A stretch of 64,000 nt of DNA from Candidatus Andersenbacteria bacterium RIFCSPHIGHO2_02_FULL_46_16 (GCA_001817065.1 MHHQ01000009.1:16211-80210), one strand, 5' to 3'; counted from the stretch's first letter, positions 8,445 to 18,297 are shown. Made by a program: numbers and translations. The notes: generated by a model from the letters alone, not told the origin.

Positions 8445-9506
8445 ATGAGAGATTGGCTTTTCAATAGTCCGATTTGGGACACAATACTTTTTGGTAATGC
8501 CTTATATGACTACTTAATGGCGGTCGTATTATTTGCGTTGTTCGTGCTCATCTTTAAAGGGCTGCAGTGGGCAGCGCTACGCTCTGTTGAGGACGTGATA
8601 AAAAGAACAGAAACGAACTGGGACGATGCGATGGTGACAATTATTAAAACCATCAGGCCACCTTTTTACTGGTATGTCGCATTTTATATTGCACTGAGCT
8701 ACTTGAAGATCGAAGGCATCGCGGCCAGGGCAGTCGATTTAGGATTGATCACTTGGCTGGTTTATCAAGCGGTGCTCGCTTTAAGAATTCTCATTGATTT
8801 TTATGTTGAGCAGCGCCTCTCCAAGAGCGACCGCGGAGCCCAGGCGGCTATTCAGCTAGTGCACAGTTTAGCGGGAGCGGGACTATGGCTGCTGGGAGGT
8901 TTATTCTTACTGCAGAACTTCGGGGTTAATGTGACATCTTTAATTGCTGGCTTGGGGATTGGTGGTATTGCTATTGCGCTTGCGGCGCAAAATGTTTTAG
9001 CGGATTTATTCAGCTCGTTAGCGATCTTTTTTGATAAACCTTTTGTGCCGGGCGACTTTATTGAGCTAAATGGCAACAAGGGAACGGTACAGAAGATTGG
9101 TATAAAGACGACGCGGATTAGAGCTTTAAACGGAGAAGAGGTCATAGTGCCGAATCGGGAAGTGACCGGAGTGGTTATAAAGAATATCGGGAGAAGGAAA
9201 GAGCGGCGGGTAACGTTTAAAATAGGCATTGTTTATGAGACCTTAACAGAAAAGGTAAAGAAGGTACCCGAGCTTATTAGGGAGGTAATTGAGATGCAGG
9301 ATAAAATCGAGTTTGATCGGGTGCATTTGAAAGAGCTGGCCGAGTCATCCTTGAGCTTCGAGGTTGTTTATCATGTGAAGTCGAATGATTATCAGGTATA
9401 TATGGATGTCAATCAACGGGTGCTGTTGGGTATTAAGGAGGCGTTTGAGAGAAATGGCATTGAAATCGCCTATCCAACTAGGATGGTTTATGTCAATAAA
9501 CCATAA
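8445..9506 (+). CDS. Mechanosensitive ion channel (MscS family)
   Basis: Multiple N-terminal TM helices and a conserved MscS beta-domain segment (FDKPFVPGDFIELNGNKGTVQKIGIKTTRIRALNGEEVIVPN). Confidence 0.85.
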   Translation: MRDWLFNSPIWDTILFGNALYDYLMAVVLFALFVLIFKGLQWAALRSVEDVIKRTETNWDDAMVTIIKTIRPPFYWYVAFYIALSYLKIEGIAARAVDLGLITWLVYQAVLALRILIDFYVEQRLSKSDRGAQAAIQLVHSLAGAGLWLLGGLFLLQNFGVNVTSLIAGLGIGGIAIALAAQNVLADLFSSLAIFFDKPFVPGDFIELNGNKGTVQKIGIKTTRIRALNGEEVIVPNREVTGVVIKNIGRRKERRVTFKIGIVYETLTEKVKKVPELIREVIEMQDKIEFDRVHLKELAESSLSFEVVYHVKSNDYQVYMDVNQRVLLGIKEAFERNGIEIAYPTRMVYVNKP

Positions 9507-10221
9507 GTAAAATAGGCTTTAATGGGCCATAATATTGATAGAAAAATGAGACAGAGGCACTAGTTTATTTTGTCAGCTAGTTTTGACAAAATTTATAAAT
9601 GCTCGCACAATCCTTATGTGTGGTTCCTTTTATGTTATGTCGAGGCCTTTTTTGCAAGGACGTTGGTATGGGTAAGCTGCATGAATTCTCTTTCCGATCC
9701 ATGTTTGGACGGGACATTAGTGATGGGGATGTGAGAAGGATGTGCAAAGGAATGACGTGTTGTTTATCCGGAAAACAGATTAAGCACGATACCTGGCTGG
9801 CGATCGTACGAAAGCGGGGGAAATTGTGCGTTTGTTTACCGGAGCATGTCAATGGCCACGAAACTTGCGTTCCAACAAGAGAGATGGTCGAGAAGTTAGT
9901 ACCGGGTCTGAGCAGTATGAACTTAACAGTACTGGATCGCTATTCGACGGGAACACGGAAGAGGAAACGGGCGAAAGCTGTTGCTGGTGTTTAACGATGG
10001 TAGCGGGTGTTGTTGCTTTTTTCCTTGATCTCATTGGAGTATTGGAATGACGAAGAAACCTGATGGGAAGAACAAGAAGCGATTGGTGACCAGCGGTTCT
10101 GGAGAGGGTATCTTCTATAACCCCCCAAAAACGATACGGCGTCACAAAGCTCCTGGGCCCAATGTCCGTGTTTACCTGCCGCCGACCCGAAAATAGCGAA
10201 GGCATCGAGATATTCTCTTTA

Positions 10222-10271
10222 GGCGAATCTGTTCACTGCTTTACTCTAAGCAAACAGACTCGCCTTTTTTT
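10222..10271 (+). terminator. Intrinsic (rho-independent) terminator-like hairpin
   Basis: 12-bp stem with one mismatch (ggcgaatctgtt ... aacagactcgcc) followed by T7. The nearest upstream plus-strand CDS ends 700 nt away, so this may terminate an unannotated RNA or act as an attenuator before lgt. Confidence 0.45.
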
Positions 10272-10299
10272 CTTGGCAAAGATGTGTTGAACTATAAGA

Positions 10300-11037
10300 A
10301 TGATTGAGTTATTTCCCAGCCGAGAAGTAGCACTGGGTATTGGCAGCTGGTCAGTGCATTGGTATGGGGTGTTGTATGTGCTGGCGTTTGGGATGGGCCT
10401 TGGGCTAGCGCTCCGACTGCAAAAGTATCGGGGATTACACCTTAGGGCAGGCGAGTGGCTAGAGGTCGTTACATGGGTGATGGCAGGGGTGCTGATCGGG
10501 GGACGGCTGGGGTATGTGCTATTGTATGGTCGAGAATATTTCTGGGAGCAACCCGGGCAAATCTTTAATTTAGGGCAAGGCGGTATGGCTAGTCATGGCG
10601 GGTTTGTTGGTGTGGCCATAGCGTTATGGTTGGCAAGCCGGTTACAAAAATTAAATTATTGGCAATTGATGGATGTAGTGGTGGTACCGATAGCACTTGG
10701 TTTGTCTTTGGGGCGGATTGGCAATGTGATTAACCAAGAAATATTTACTACGCTGCTAGCGCAAATCTTGGCAGTAGGGAAAGATTTAGTGATTGCCGGA
10801 GTTGTTTGGTGGCATTTGCGTCGAGCAAAAGGACGAGCAGGAAAGACGACGGCATTATTTTTAGGGATGTACGGGGTTCTGCGTTTTTTGATTGAGTATG
10901 GGCGCGAGCAGGCTTGGCCGATCGTATCGGGTCTGACACGCGGACAATGGTATACGGTACCGATTATAGTAGCAGGAGTGGGATTGTGGTGGTATTTTAA
11001 GCAGACGGATGATCAAGCTAAGACAACAAGTAAATGA
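10300..11037 (+). CDS. lgt: Prolipoprotein diacylglyceryl transferase
   Basis: HWYGVLYVLAFG signature, GGxxSHGG-like region (GGMASHGGFVG), polytopic, 245 aa. Confidence 0.85.
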   Translation: MIELFPSREVALGIGSWSVHWYGVLYVLAFGMGLGLALRLQKYRGLHLRAGEWLEVVTWVMAGVLIGGRLGYVLLYGREYFWEQPGQIFNLGQGGMASHGGFVGVAIALWLASRLQKLNYWQLMDVVVVPIALGLSLGRIGNVINQEIFTTLLAQILAVGKDLVIAGVVWWHLRRAKGRAGKTTALFLGMYGVLRFLIEYGREQAWPIVSGLTRGQWYTVPIIVAGVGLWWYFKQTDDQAKTTSK

Positions 11038-14000
11038 CCATGTAAGAGCTAGGCAGGAACTGCGTGCCCATTTCGCGGAGCTTTATAAACAGCTTAATCC
11101 AGAGCAGCGCGAGGCGGTGGATACTATTGAAGGGCCGGTGATGGTAATGGCCGGGCCGGGTACGGGAAAAACACAAGTATTAACGATGAGGATCGCTAAC
11201 ATTTTGCGCCAGACGGATACTGACGCGAGCAGCATTTTATGTTTAACGTTTACGGAGTCAGCCGCCGCCGCGATGCGAGAGAGGCTGCTGAATATAATTG
11301 GCACGGACGCATATCGGGTACGAATTGGTACCTTCCATGCTTTTTGTAACGACATCATTCAAGAGAATCCGGAAAAATTTGCTTTGGCGCGGGAATGGCA
11401 GGCGTTGTCTGAAGCGGAACGGATTGAGATGCTGTGTGATGAGATAGATCGGCTTCCGGCAACTAGTCCATTGAAACCTTTTGGCAGTCCCTATTTATTT
11501 TTACCGGACATTATTGAAAACTTGCAGTGGTTGAAAAAGGAAGGAGTCGAGGCGGAGGAATTAAAACAGTTAGTGCAAAGCAGCCGAACTTTAATTGAAG
11601 AAATTGGGCCACTGGTGAGTGACTATTGTGGGCAGCGGGCAACTGATAGAACAGAGCAGGCAATCAATGTTTTAATTGAAGAGCTCAAGAGACGACAACG
11701 GGTTACTATGGCAAGAAAGGCAGTATGGCAGCAGGTTCAGGAAGTAGTGGTGGACTATGCAGAGGCGGAGAAGCAGGCAGAAAACAAAAGAGAGCTGGGG
11801 AAGGCGCGAACCCAATTTAAGAATAAGTTAAAAAATCTTTTAGACGGGATTACTAAACAAGCGCCGCGGCAAGAGCAACTGGTGCAGCTGTACCAAGGTT
11901 ATCAGAAACGACTGAAAGAGATGGGACGATATGACTTTGATGACATGATAATGCAGGTGTTAGCAGCATTGGAAAAAGATGATGAATTGCTGGCGCAAAA
12001 CCAAGAGAGGTGGCAATACATATTAGTCGATGAATACCAGGACACTAACGGAGCGCAAAATGAGGTGGTCAATTTGATCAGTTGTTGGCACGATGCGCCT
12101 AACGTATTCGTCGTAGGTGATGATAAACAATCAATCTTCCGTTTTCAAGGCGCATCACTAGAAAATTTACTTAGTTTTTGGCAGCGTTACCAGAAACAAA
12201 TAAAGGTAATTGCACTGAAGAAGAATTACCGCAGCCACCAATTAATTTTGGATGCTGCCGCGCAGCTGATTAGCCATAATCGGGAATCGGTGGCGCGTTA
12301 TGTGCCAGGAACCAAAGCAACATTAACGGCAGCGAATGGCAATCAGACAGAAAAGATAGAGGAGATGAAATTTGAGACGGAGGAGATGGAAGGATACGGT
12401 GTGGCACAGCGGATTAAAGGTTTGATTGAAGAAGGAGTGGCGTTGGCTGAAATAGCGGTGTTAGGACGCTACAACAGAGACATAGAAGAGATGGGTGAAA
12501 TACTAACTAAAATGGGAATACCGGTCGCTTTGCAGGTGGGATTTAACGTGCTGCGTGAGGTCCGGGTTCAGCAATTTAAACGTTTAGTGGAATGGGCGAT
12601 AAACCTGGAGCATGAAGAGAGGTTAGCTGACGTTTTGCAATATGATTGGTGGGGATTTAAACCCTTAGACGTTTTGAAAGTGATTTATTTTGCTGGCCAT
12701 AACCGCGAGGGGCTGCTGGGCGTGATTATGAATGAGCAAAAGCTAAAGCAGGCGGAAGTCGAGCAGCCAGAAATATTTATGGAATGGGCAACGAAGGTTG
12801 CCAAGTGGAAGCGGATTTTGGTCAACCAGCCGTTAATATATGTGTTTGACGAATTGCTGAATGACACAGGGTTGTTAAAACGAATTTTACATGAACCGAA
12901 CGGATTGAATATTCTGCATGCGCTGAATGCCTTATTTGGTGAGCTGAAACAAATGAGTGAAGGAAAGCCGGATTTAACAATGGAGGATTTTATCGATCGA
13001 TTGGCTTTAATGGAAGAGAATCGTTTGCCATTAACGGCCGAAGCAGGACTTACGGGCAGTAAGGCGGTTCGTTTAATGACGGCGCATAAAGCAAAGGGTT
13101 TGGAATTTGAGCACGTCTTTATTATTAAGCTGGTGGATAGGCATTGGGGCAACCAGCAGAGCCGGACGAAATTATCCCTGCCAGCTGGCATTGTGAGGTT
13201 TGATCCTGTGACAGGACAGGAAAATGATGAGGATGAAAGACGCTTATTTTATGTCGCACTAACGAGAGCAAAAAAGCGGTTATATTGGTCTTATTCCCAA
13301 TATAACGTTAACGGGCGCGAGCAAATACCGGCGCAGTTCCGGGGTGAAATTGGCACAGAGCTGGTGGAACAGAAGGTTTGGCCGGCTGACCAAACTCATA
13401 TCCAAGAGCGAGCACACGTGGCGCATCGGCGGACGGAAAGCAAAGTTAATAGCGAGATGATTAGAGGCTGGGCAGATGAGAAATTAAAAAATTACATTAT
13501 GAGCGTAACGCATCTCAACTACTATTTAGAGTGTCCCCGGATGTTTTATTACCGTAGTTTTTTGCATGTACCGGCGGCTAAAAATAAGCACTTGGCTTTT
13601 GGTACGGCGGTGCATGGTGCGTTATATGATGCGTGGCAGATGGCTAAGCAGACTAAGCAAGTGTCAGAAAAATTTCTGTTAGACCGTTTTAACAAGCGGC
13701 TGCGACGGGAAATATTGTCGGTGAAGGATAGGAAAGACAGTTTGGTGATGGGTGAGGCGGCTTTGCGAGAATATTTCCGGTTTTATGGAATAGCGCCTAG
13801 CCAAAAGATTGAGCTGGAATATAGTTTTCGACGGCATGGGGTGATGGTGGGGGAATTACCGTTAACCGGGCAATTAGACAAAATTGAATACCTGAATAAT
13901 GAACAGGTGAAAGTAGTGGATTATAAGACAGGTAATCCAGACAGTGCTTATAAAGAAAGCCGACCGGGCGGAAAGTATTACCGGCAGTTGGTGTTTTATA

Positions 14001-14242
14001 AATTGCTGTGCGACGAATCGCAAAGATTTAATCATCAGATGGTGAGCGGCGTGTTGGATTTTATTCAGCCGAGTAAGCGTCGGGGGAAACTGGTCCGGAT
14101 GGATTATGTAATTACACCCAAAGAAGTGGCGGAATTGAAGGAAACGATCGAAGGGGTATGGGCAGATATTAAAACTTTGCGGTTCATGGAAGAGGAAGCG
14201 GGATGCGGCGTGTGTGAGTATTGTACGGCCGGGTGGCGATGA
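11009..14242 (+). CDS. UvrD/PcrA-family helicase fused to a C-terminal PD-(D/E)xK (Cas4/AddB-like) Fe-S nuclease domain (AddA-like helicase-nuclease)
   Basis: Walker A (AGPGTGKT), helicase motifs (VDEYQDTN, VGDDKQSIFRFQGA) and a C-terminal Cys cluster (CGVCEYCTAG) after a nuclease-like region. 1077 aa. Confidence 0.8.
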   Translation: MIKLRQQVNDHVRARQELRAHFAELYKQLNPEQREAVDTIEGPVMVMAGPGTGKTQVLTMRIANILRQTDTDASSILCLTFTESAAAAMRERLLNIIGTDAYRVRIGTFHAFCNDIIQENPEKFALAREWQALSEAERIEMLCDEIDRLPATSPLKPFGSPYLFLPDIIENLQWLKKEGVEAEELKQLVQSSRTLIEEIGPLVSDYCGQRATDRTEQAINVLIEELKRRQRVTMARKAVWQQVQEVVVDYAEAEKQAENKRELGKARTQFKNKLKNLLDGITKQAPRQEQLVQLYQGYQKRLKEMGRYDFDDMIMQVLAALEKDDELLAQNQERWQYILVDEYQDTNGAQNEVVNLISCWHDAPNVFVVGDDKQSIFRFQGASLENLLSFWQRYQKQIKVIALKKNYRSHQLILDAAAQLISHNRESVARYVPGTKATLTAANGNQTEKIEEMKFETEEMEGYGVAQRIKGLIEEGVALAEIAVLGRYNRDIEEMGEILTKMGIPVALQVGFNVLREVRVQQFKRLVEWAINLEHEERLADVLQYDWWGFKPLDVLKVIYFAGHNREGLLGVIMNEQKLKQAEVEQPEIFMEWATKVAKWKRILVNQPLIYVFDELLNDTGLLKRILHEPNGLNILHALNALFGELKQMSEGKPDLTMEDFIDRLALMEENRLPLTAEAGLTGSKAVRLMTAHKAKGLEFEHVFIIKLVDRHWGNQQSRTKLSLPAGIVRFDPVTGQENDEDERRLFYVALTRAKKRLYWSYSQYNVNGREQIPAQFRGEIGTELVEQKVWPADQTHIQERAHVAHRRTESKVNSEMIRGWADEKLKNYIMSVTHLNYYLECPRMFYYRSFLHVPAAKNKHLAFGTAVHGALYDAWQMAKQTKQVSEKFLLDRFNKRLRREILSVKDRKDSLVMGEAALREYFRFYGIAPSQKIELEYSFRRHGVMVGELPLTGQLDKIEYLNNEQVKVVDYKTGNPDSAYKESRPGGKYYRQLVFYKLLCDESQRFNHQMVSGVLDFIQPSKRRGKLVRMDYVITPKEVAELKETIEGVWADIKTLRFMEEEAGCGVCEYCTAGWR

Positions 14243-14276
14243 AAGCTGGTGAAAAAGAAACGAAGTTGATATAATA

Positions 14277-14885
14277 TTGGCGATGAAGAATATCGGTTTA
14301 ATTGGGTTGGTGATAGTGTTATTAGTTGTGTTTGGAGGTTATTGGTCGTATCGAGCAACCGTGCCGGAAGCAGATAGTCCGGCCCAGGTTACTGATAATA
14401 ATGTGAACGAGGCTGGTACGCAGTTTATTCAAATGAAACCGGATAGTTTGCCGCCGATTATCGACGATGAGGCGGGTGTGTCTGTAGAACCAGAAATTCC
14501 GGCAGCGAATAAAAATAACGAAAAGAATGGGGTGGTTAGCGGAGCGCAGGATGAAAATGCGAATCAAACTAATAATGAAACTAAGGAAGATAGCCAAACA
14601 ACAGTTGATCAGCCGGGGGTGGTGGTATCTATGACTGATACCGGATTCTTTCCTTCGCTGATAACGGTCAAGGCTGGAACAAAAGTAAGTTTTGTTAATG
14701 ATGGGCAAGCGTTGCATTGGCCGGCGTCAGATCCGCATCCGGCTCATGATGGTTTAGCGGGATTTGATGCGGGCAGCGGAGTAGCGACCGGAGAAAGTTA
14801 CGTTTTTCAATTTGACCAACCAGGAGAGTGGAGTTTTCACGATCACTTATCTGTGGATCAGACGGGAAAGATAATTGTTGAGTAA
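14277..14885 (+). CDS. Membrane-anchored cupredoxin-like domain protein (no copper-ligand Cys)
   Basis: N-terminal TM plus an acidic low-complexity linker. The C-terminal PSLITVKAGTKVSFVND...FHDHLSVDQTGKIIVE resembles the plastocyanin/amicyanin fold, but Asp sits where the ligand Cys is expected. Confidence 0.45.
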   Translation: MAMKNIGLIGLVIVLLVVFGGYWSYRATVPEADSPAQVTDNNVNEAGTQFIQMKPDSLPPIIDDEAGVSVEPEIPAANKNNEKNGVVSGAQDENANQTNNETKEDSQTTVDQPGVVVSMTDTGFFPSLITVKAGTKVSFVNDGQALHWPASDPHPAHDGLAGFDAGSGVATGESYVFQFDQPGEWSFHDHLSVDQTGKIIVE

Positions 14886-14943
14886 ACCGCTTAGAAGTTT
14901 ATTAGCGGGCAGTTAGGACAAGGCTAAGTTAGGGGAGATTATT

Positions 14944-16347
14944 ATGCTAACAGTGACGTTTTATGGGGGAGCAGGCGGTGTAACCGGGTCTAAGCATTTA
15001 GTGGAAGTGAATGGCAAGCGAACCTTGCTGGACTGCGGCACCTTTCAGGGGTTGTCTGATGTGCGGGAAAGAAATCGCGTCTTACCTTTTCGACCGGAAA
15101 CGATTGATCGGGTAGTGTTGTCGCATGCACATATCGACCACTGTGGGATGCTGTTGGTTTTAGTAAAACGGGGTTTTGCCGGGCCGATTTTTGTGACCGC
15201 GGCAACTAAAGAAGTAGTTAATTATATGTTGTTGGACATGGTGGGTATTGAAGCGGGTGATGCAGAGTTTAGACGGAAACATAAAATTGGTGCACCGGAT
15301 GAGCGAGAACCTTTGTTTGTCGAAGAAGATGTGGCGCCGGTGATGGAGCAATTTGTGGAGGTGCCATACGTGAGAGAGAGTAAGGAGTGGTATAAGATTG
15401 ACGATGATACGGAGCTCAAGTTTTATGACGCTGGTCATATCTTAGGATCAGCGGTTAGTGTGTTGCGGTTTAAGTCGAGCGATATCACGATGGCATATAC
15501 AGGAGACCTAGGGCAAGTGGGCATGCCGCTGCTCTTTGATCCAGAGGTGCCAACTGAAGAAGTGCAGTTTGTCATTTGTGAGAGCACTTATGGCAGCCGC
15601 AAGCATCAGCCATTACAGCAGGCATTAGACAGAATGGCAGACGTAATGAAGCAGACGTGTGCGCGAGGCGGCAAAATGATTGTGCCAGCTTTTTCTTTGG
15701 GCAGGACCCAAGAGCTGGTTTATTGGTTGCATAAAATGGTTGATGATAAACAAATCCCTCGATTTCCGATATATGTTGATTCACCCCTGGCAACTGATTT
15801 AACAGAGGTTTATCGGCATCATCGTGATGATTATGACGAGGAGTCTTGGACAGATTTTCCGCGAGCAGATGACAGGCCGCTAGCTTTTAGTAATTTGCGC
15901 TATGTTACGTCACGCAGCGAATCGATGAGTTTGAATAAAAAGCCAGGTCCTTTCATGGTGATTTCCGCTTCGGGTATGATGTCAGCCGGACGAGTGGTGC
16001 ATCACCTGAAGCACAATTTGTCTGATCCAAATAACGTAATTTTTGTGACAGGCTACCAAGCAGAGGGGACGTTAGGACGCAGGATATTAGAAGGGGCAAA
16101 AAGTGTGGAGATATTTGGCGAGCAGATAAGAGTTAAGGCGCAGGTGGAATTACTTAATGAGCTATCGGCGCATGCCGATCGTGATCAATTACAGCATTAC
16201 TTAGAACGCATCAAGGGATTAAAACAAGTAGCCTTGGTACATGGGGAGCCGCATCAAGCAGGCGATTTTAGGAGGCAATTGCAACAAGCTCATCCAGAAT
16301 GGACAGTGACGAGGCCGGAGGAAGGAGAAGTACTTGAGGTCAGTTAG
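14944..16347 (+). CDS. MBL-fold beta-CASP ribonuclease (RNase J/CPSF-like RNA-metabolising metallo-beta-lactamase)
   Basis: HAHIDHCG metal motif near the N-terminus, beta-CASP region, 467 aa. Confidence 0.8.
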   Translation: MLTVTFYGGAGGVTGSKHLVEVNGKRTLLDCGTFQGLSDVRERNRVLPFRPETIDRVVLSHAHIDHCGMLLVLVKRGFAGPIFVTAATKEVVNYMLLDMVGIEAGDAEFRRKHKIGAPDEREPLFVEEDVAPVMEQFVEVPYVRESKEWYKIDDDTELKFYDAGHILGSAVSVLRFKSSDITMAYTGDLGQVGMPLLFDPEVPTEEVQFVICESTYGSRKHQPLQQALDRMADVMKQTCARGGKMIVPAFSLGRTQELVYWLHKMVDDKQIPRFPIYVDSPLATDLTEVYRHHRDDYDEESWTDFPRADDRPLAFSNLRYVTSRSESMSLNKKPGPFMVISASGMMSAGRVVHHLKHNLSDPNNVIFVTGYQAEGTLGRRILEGAKSVEIFGEQIRVKAQVELLNELSAHADRDQLQHYLERIKGLKQVALVHGEPHQAGDFRRQLQQAHPEWTVTRPEEGEVLEVS

Positions 16348-16420
16348 AATTTAGCAGGGACTTCCTCAAGTAAAATAAAAAACTAATATTTATTACGAAA
16401 AAGTTGATGACGGGTGAGGC

Positions 16421-16642
16421 TTAATGTTTAGGAGTGCGCCATTTATTATGCGTCGGATGCCACTGGGCGTTATGGGTATCAGCTGATTTTATGTTTTTGG
16501 CATATTTATCACTAATTGAACTTTTGCCCCATGCACCCATGGTGTTGCCGGCAATAATCCCTAGCATGATTCCTGGGCCGAACCCGGTAATGGCATAAAG
16601 AACCACATAGGATAGAGTTTGCAGAATAATAATGATGGCCAT
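16421..16642 (-). CDS. Small membrane protein, hypothetical
   Basis: 73 aa with one N-terminal TM. Immediately preceded on the minus strand by another 38-aa hydrophobic mini-ORF (16649-16765). No recognisable homology. Confidence 0.3.
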   Translation of the reverse strand: MAIIIILQTLSYVVLYAITGFGPGIMLGIIAGNTMGAWGKSSISDKYAKNIKSADTHNAQWHPTHNKWRTPKH

Positions 16643-17019
16643 ACCTTACCGCACTTTTGTGTTACTCGCTGACGCTAGAGTCCAGACGATGAAAAACCCC
16701 AGGACGAAGCCGGCTAAAAAGAAGGCTCCCCAAAGGGAAATATGGTTTAACAAGGTAAGCATAGGACAGTTTGATTATATCTAAGTTTACCTGGCATCCA
16801 CAACATGCGTAAGCCTTAATATTATAGTGCAAATGAAGGCCAGCGGTCGTATTAGGAATACCCCGATTTTGGTAAACACTCACGCTAGCGAAGTTATCTT
16901 AATTATTTATGCTTAGTTAAGTTTTTTCTTGTCATTGCCCGGCTTAACCGGGCAATCCAGCTAATCATAAAAAATGGCTCTGGATTCCCGCTTTCGCGGG
17001 AATGACTTCGGAGGAGTGA

Positions 17020-17310
17020 GTGTTTACGATTTTGGCCCTTGTATATATACTTGCTTTGTGGTACTATATACGAGTGAAACAAAAGAAAAACCAGGAGGAG
17101 GATGTAAATTTTATCGGAGCTACGACTGATGGCTTTATAAAATATTACAATGAAAACATCCCTGCTTCTTTTCCACGGGCTACACTTAAGATATTGAAAA
17201 AATTTCAAGCATTATATCCAGCGCTTTTTAAAGAAGGCAGTGAATGGACTATAAACCGGCACCGGAAAAAATTAATGGATTGGCTGTCTTCGTATCGGGA
17301 CGAGGATTAA
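17020..17310 (+). CDS. Hypothetical protein with N-terminal TM helix
   Basis: 96 aa ORF followed by an intrinsic terminator. Confidence 0.35.
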   Translation: MFTILALVYILALWYYIRVKQKKNQEEDVNFIGATTDGFIKYYNENIPASFPRATLKILKKFQALYPALFKEGSEWTINRHRKKLMDWLSSYRDED

Positions 17311-17336
17311 ATACCTGACAAATTTTCAAGTTAATG

Positions 17337-17366
17337 ATCAGGCACTAGATGAGCGCCTGATTTTTG
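17337..17366 (+). terminator. Intrinsic terminator
   Basis: atcaggc-N11-gcctgat hairpin immediately followed by TTTTT. Confidence 0.5.
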
Positions 17367-17427
17367 AGGGTAAAAAGTTGACAGTAATTTATGGTAAAAA
17401 ATAATAGAAAGTGCGGACGGCGTTGTA

Positions 17428-17874
17428 ATGGGTGTTGTAATGGGGGAACTTTATGGAGATGTAGTATATAATTTACTTATGAATGAATATGACTGGTATG
17501 CGCAGCTGAGTAAGCCAGTATGGTCGCCGCCAGCGGAAATTTTTGGTCTGGTGTGGATAGTGCTTTATGCTTTGATTGCGTTCTCGTTCGGCAAAGTTTT
17601 TTACATGGCTTGGCGAAGAGAAGTACCAGGTTATGTGGTCTGGCCGTTTGTGCTAAATCTTGTCTTCAATGCTGCTTTTACGCCGCTGCAATTTGGGTTA
17701 AAAAGTAATCTTCTGGCGGCGGCTGATATATTATTAGTATTGGGAACATTGGTTTGGGGGATGGCGGCCATATATTCATACCGACGCTACCTTGTTTATC
17801 TGCAAATACCTTATTTGTTGTGGGTAGGTTTTGCCACGTTTTTACAATTAACGATTACTTATTTAAACAGATAG
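17428..17874 (+). CDS. TspO/MBR family (tryptophan-rich sensory protein)
   Basis: W..LSKPVWSPP...VWIVLY motif and five TM helices, 148 aa. Confidence 0.8.
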   Translation: MGVVMGELYGDVVYNLLMNEYDWYAQLSKPVWSPPAEIFGLVWIVLYALIAFSFGKVFYMAWRREVPGYVVWPFVLNLVFNAAFTPLQFGLKSNLLAAADILLVLGTLVWGMAAIYSYRRYLVYLQIPYLLWVGFATFLQLTITYLNR

Positions 17875-17879
17875 TTTTA

Positions 17880-18026
17880 ATGGATGAAACATATAAAAAT
17901 TGCCAAAGTTGCGGGATGCCGATTAAGAAAGATCCGCAAGGCGGGGGAATGAATGTTGATGGAAGCTGTGTACGCCGGCGATTGGTCTTGCGAGGGAAAA
18001 ATGTACATACATATCGCGCTTTTTAG
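17880..18026 (+). CDS. Putative zinc-ribbon protein (PF12674-like), possibly degenerate
   Basis: CQSCGMPIKKDPQGGGMNVDGS matches the N-terminal half of the putative zinc-ribbon domain family. The second Cys pair is missing, and the ORF overlaps the next gene by 26 nt. Confidence 0.35.
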   Translation: MDETYKNCQSCGMPIKKDPQGGGMNVDGSCVRRRLVLRGKNVHTYRAF

Positions 18027-18297
18027 GTGGAAACCGGGTGTCGAGCCCGAGGAAATTAAGCGTGCACTTCGGGAAGTGGAGTCGCTCAAGGACAAAGTAC
18101 CTGGCGTGGTAGATATTAGCACTGGTAGAAACAGTTCTCGCTATTCTGCGGGATACACGCATGTCGTGTTGGTACGTGCCGAAAGCCAAGAAGCAATCGA
18201 TGCGTATCGGCAACATCCCGATCATGTGAACGTTGCCCAAAAGATCGATGCGATGGAGGAACACGGTATTGGTGTGGATTTAATGACGAATACATAG
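18001..18297 (+). CDS. Dabb-family stress-responsive dimeric alpha/beta-barrel protein
   Basis: MYIHIALFRWKPG...VPGVVDISTGRN...YTHVVLV, typical Dabb domain of ~98 aa. Confidence 0.7.
   Translation: MYIHIALFRWKPGVEPEEIKRALREVESLKDKVPGVVDISTGRNSSRYSAGYTHVVLVRAESQEAIDAYRQHPDHVNVAQKIDAMEEHGIGVDLMTNT

Noticed and set aside
10170-10200. gtgtttacc, resembling the GUUUACC of SRP (4.5S) RNA domain IV
   Set aside because: The downstream AGGxCAGG...GGAAGCAGC motifs and tetraloop pairing could not be found. Left as an unassigned candidate ncRNA region only.
9599-10205. ORFs 9599..9994 (+), 9826..10050 (+), 9849..10205 (-), 9577..9852 (-)
   Set aside because: Mutually overlapping, with no recognisable motifs or RBS. 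The region more likely is non-coding.
16935-17003. Two consecutive strong hairpins (attgcccgg-ctta-accgggcaat and attcccgc-tttc-gcgggaat)
   Set aside because: Not followed by a T-run on either strand, and they lie inside overlapping low-confidence ORFs. Possibly a structured spacer, but function cannot be argued from sequence.
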